Positions 63,265-64,000 of a stretch of DNA of 64,000 nucleotides are shown piece after piece (the stretch's first letter is position 1; each line of letters begins with the position of its first letter). Under the pieces are notes generated by a model. It had not been told where the DNA came from. It saw nothing but the letters and a program-made list of their open reading frames with translations, and made no database searches. This DNA comes from Hydrolagus colliei (lineage: Eukaryota). The translations under genes and the position numbers were made by a program. Where the stretch lies: the NCBI GenBank assembly GCA_035084275.1, contig CM068749.1, positions 16,740,001 through 16,804,000 on the forward strand, given 5' to 3'.

Positions 63265-64000
63265 ATTTTACCGCTCCGCCCTAGCCACTGCCAAATCAGC
63301 CTTCTACTCCAGGATAATCCTGGAAGCGAAGGACAACTACCACCTCCTGTTCGTCACCACCAACCAGCTCCTCCACTCCCCCCCCCCCCGTCTCGCTTCG
63401 CAGATCCTTTCCTCAAACGAACGTTGCGAGGAGATGTTGGACTTCCTCGAGTCCAAAATAGGGAGAATCCGCTCCGCGGTTTCCTCCCCCCACCTCTGCC
63501 CCTCCATCCGTTATTTCAACCCTCACCCAACCCCCCCTTCATACTTTCATCCCCACCTCCCCGTCTTCAATCACTAAAATAATCACCTCTATGAAACCCA
63601 CCACGTGCTCATTGGACCCCATCCCCACCCCCCTCCTCCGCACCCAGCTCCACCTTTTGGCCCCGCTCATTTCTGACACCATCAACCTTTCCCTCTCTTC
63701 AGGCACCGTCCCTACCTCCCTTAAAACAGCCACAATCACCCTATCCAGAAGAAACCCTCCCTTGATGCGTCGCAACCATCAAGCTATCGACCCATCTCCA
63801 ACCTCCCGTTTTTATCCAAGGTCCTTGAAAGAGTGGTTGCCTCCCAGCTCCGCTCTTTCCTTTCAACTCACTCACTCCTTGAACCCCTCCAATCAGGTTT
63901 CCGCCCTGTTCACAGCACAGAAACTACCCTGGTTAAGGTTACAAATGATATCCTAACCGCCTGTGACCAGGGCTCCCTCTGCCTCCTCGTCCTCCTTGAC
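63265..64000 (+). mobile_element. L2-clade LINE ORF2 (reverse transcriptase) fragment with frameshifts, running off the window end
   Basis: [30 protein letters not shown], then [50 protein letters not shown] in another frame; it abuts a truncated SINE at 63155-63260. Confidence 0.9.

Noticed and set aside
63253-63956. Independent protein-coding gene
   Set aside because: Frameshifted L2 reverse-transcriptase remnant.

Overview
AT-rich vertebrate genomic DNA. The repeat families (Deu-domain tRNA-SINEs with L2-type tails, CR1, Penelope-like) and compact introns suggest a cartilaginous fish, possibly a holocephalan; this is inference. Four intron-containing genes lie on the minus strand: SSX2IP (CDS 62209->51427) followed by three tandem vitellogenin genes, here called vtg-R (48921->36235), vtg-M (31713->16569) and vtg-L (10820->beyond base 1). 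I read the exons manually; boundaries are approximate (+/-3 nt). Main observations: (1) vtg-R reads as intact but lacks the phosvitin exons while keeping the vWD and C-terminal exons, and appears to use a newly created splice donor. (2) The phosvitin exon of vtg-M is an Arg-rich 18-bp tandem array encoding about 46-47 SSDRRG-type hexapeptides instead of polyserine. (3) A minimal hammerhead ribozyme motif lies in the sense strand of vtg-L intron 6. (4) A perfect ~62-bp inverted duplication flanks exons 2-3 of vtg-M. (5) The three paralogs show mosaic near-identity consistent with gene conversion, and share a promoter design of TATA, an HNF4-type site and imperfect EREs.
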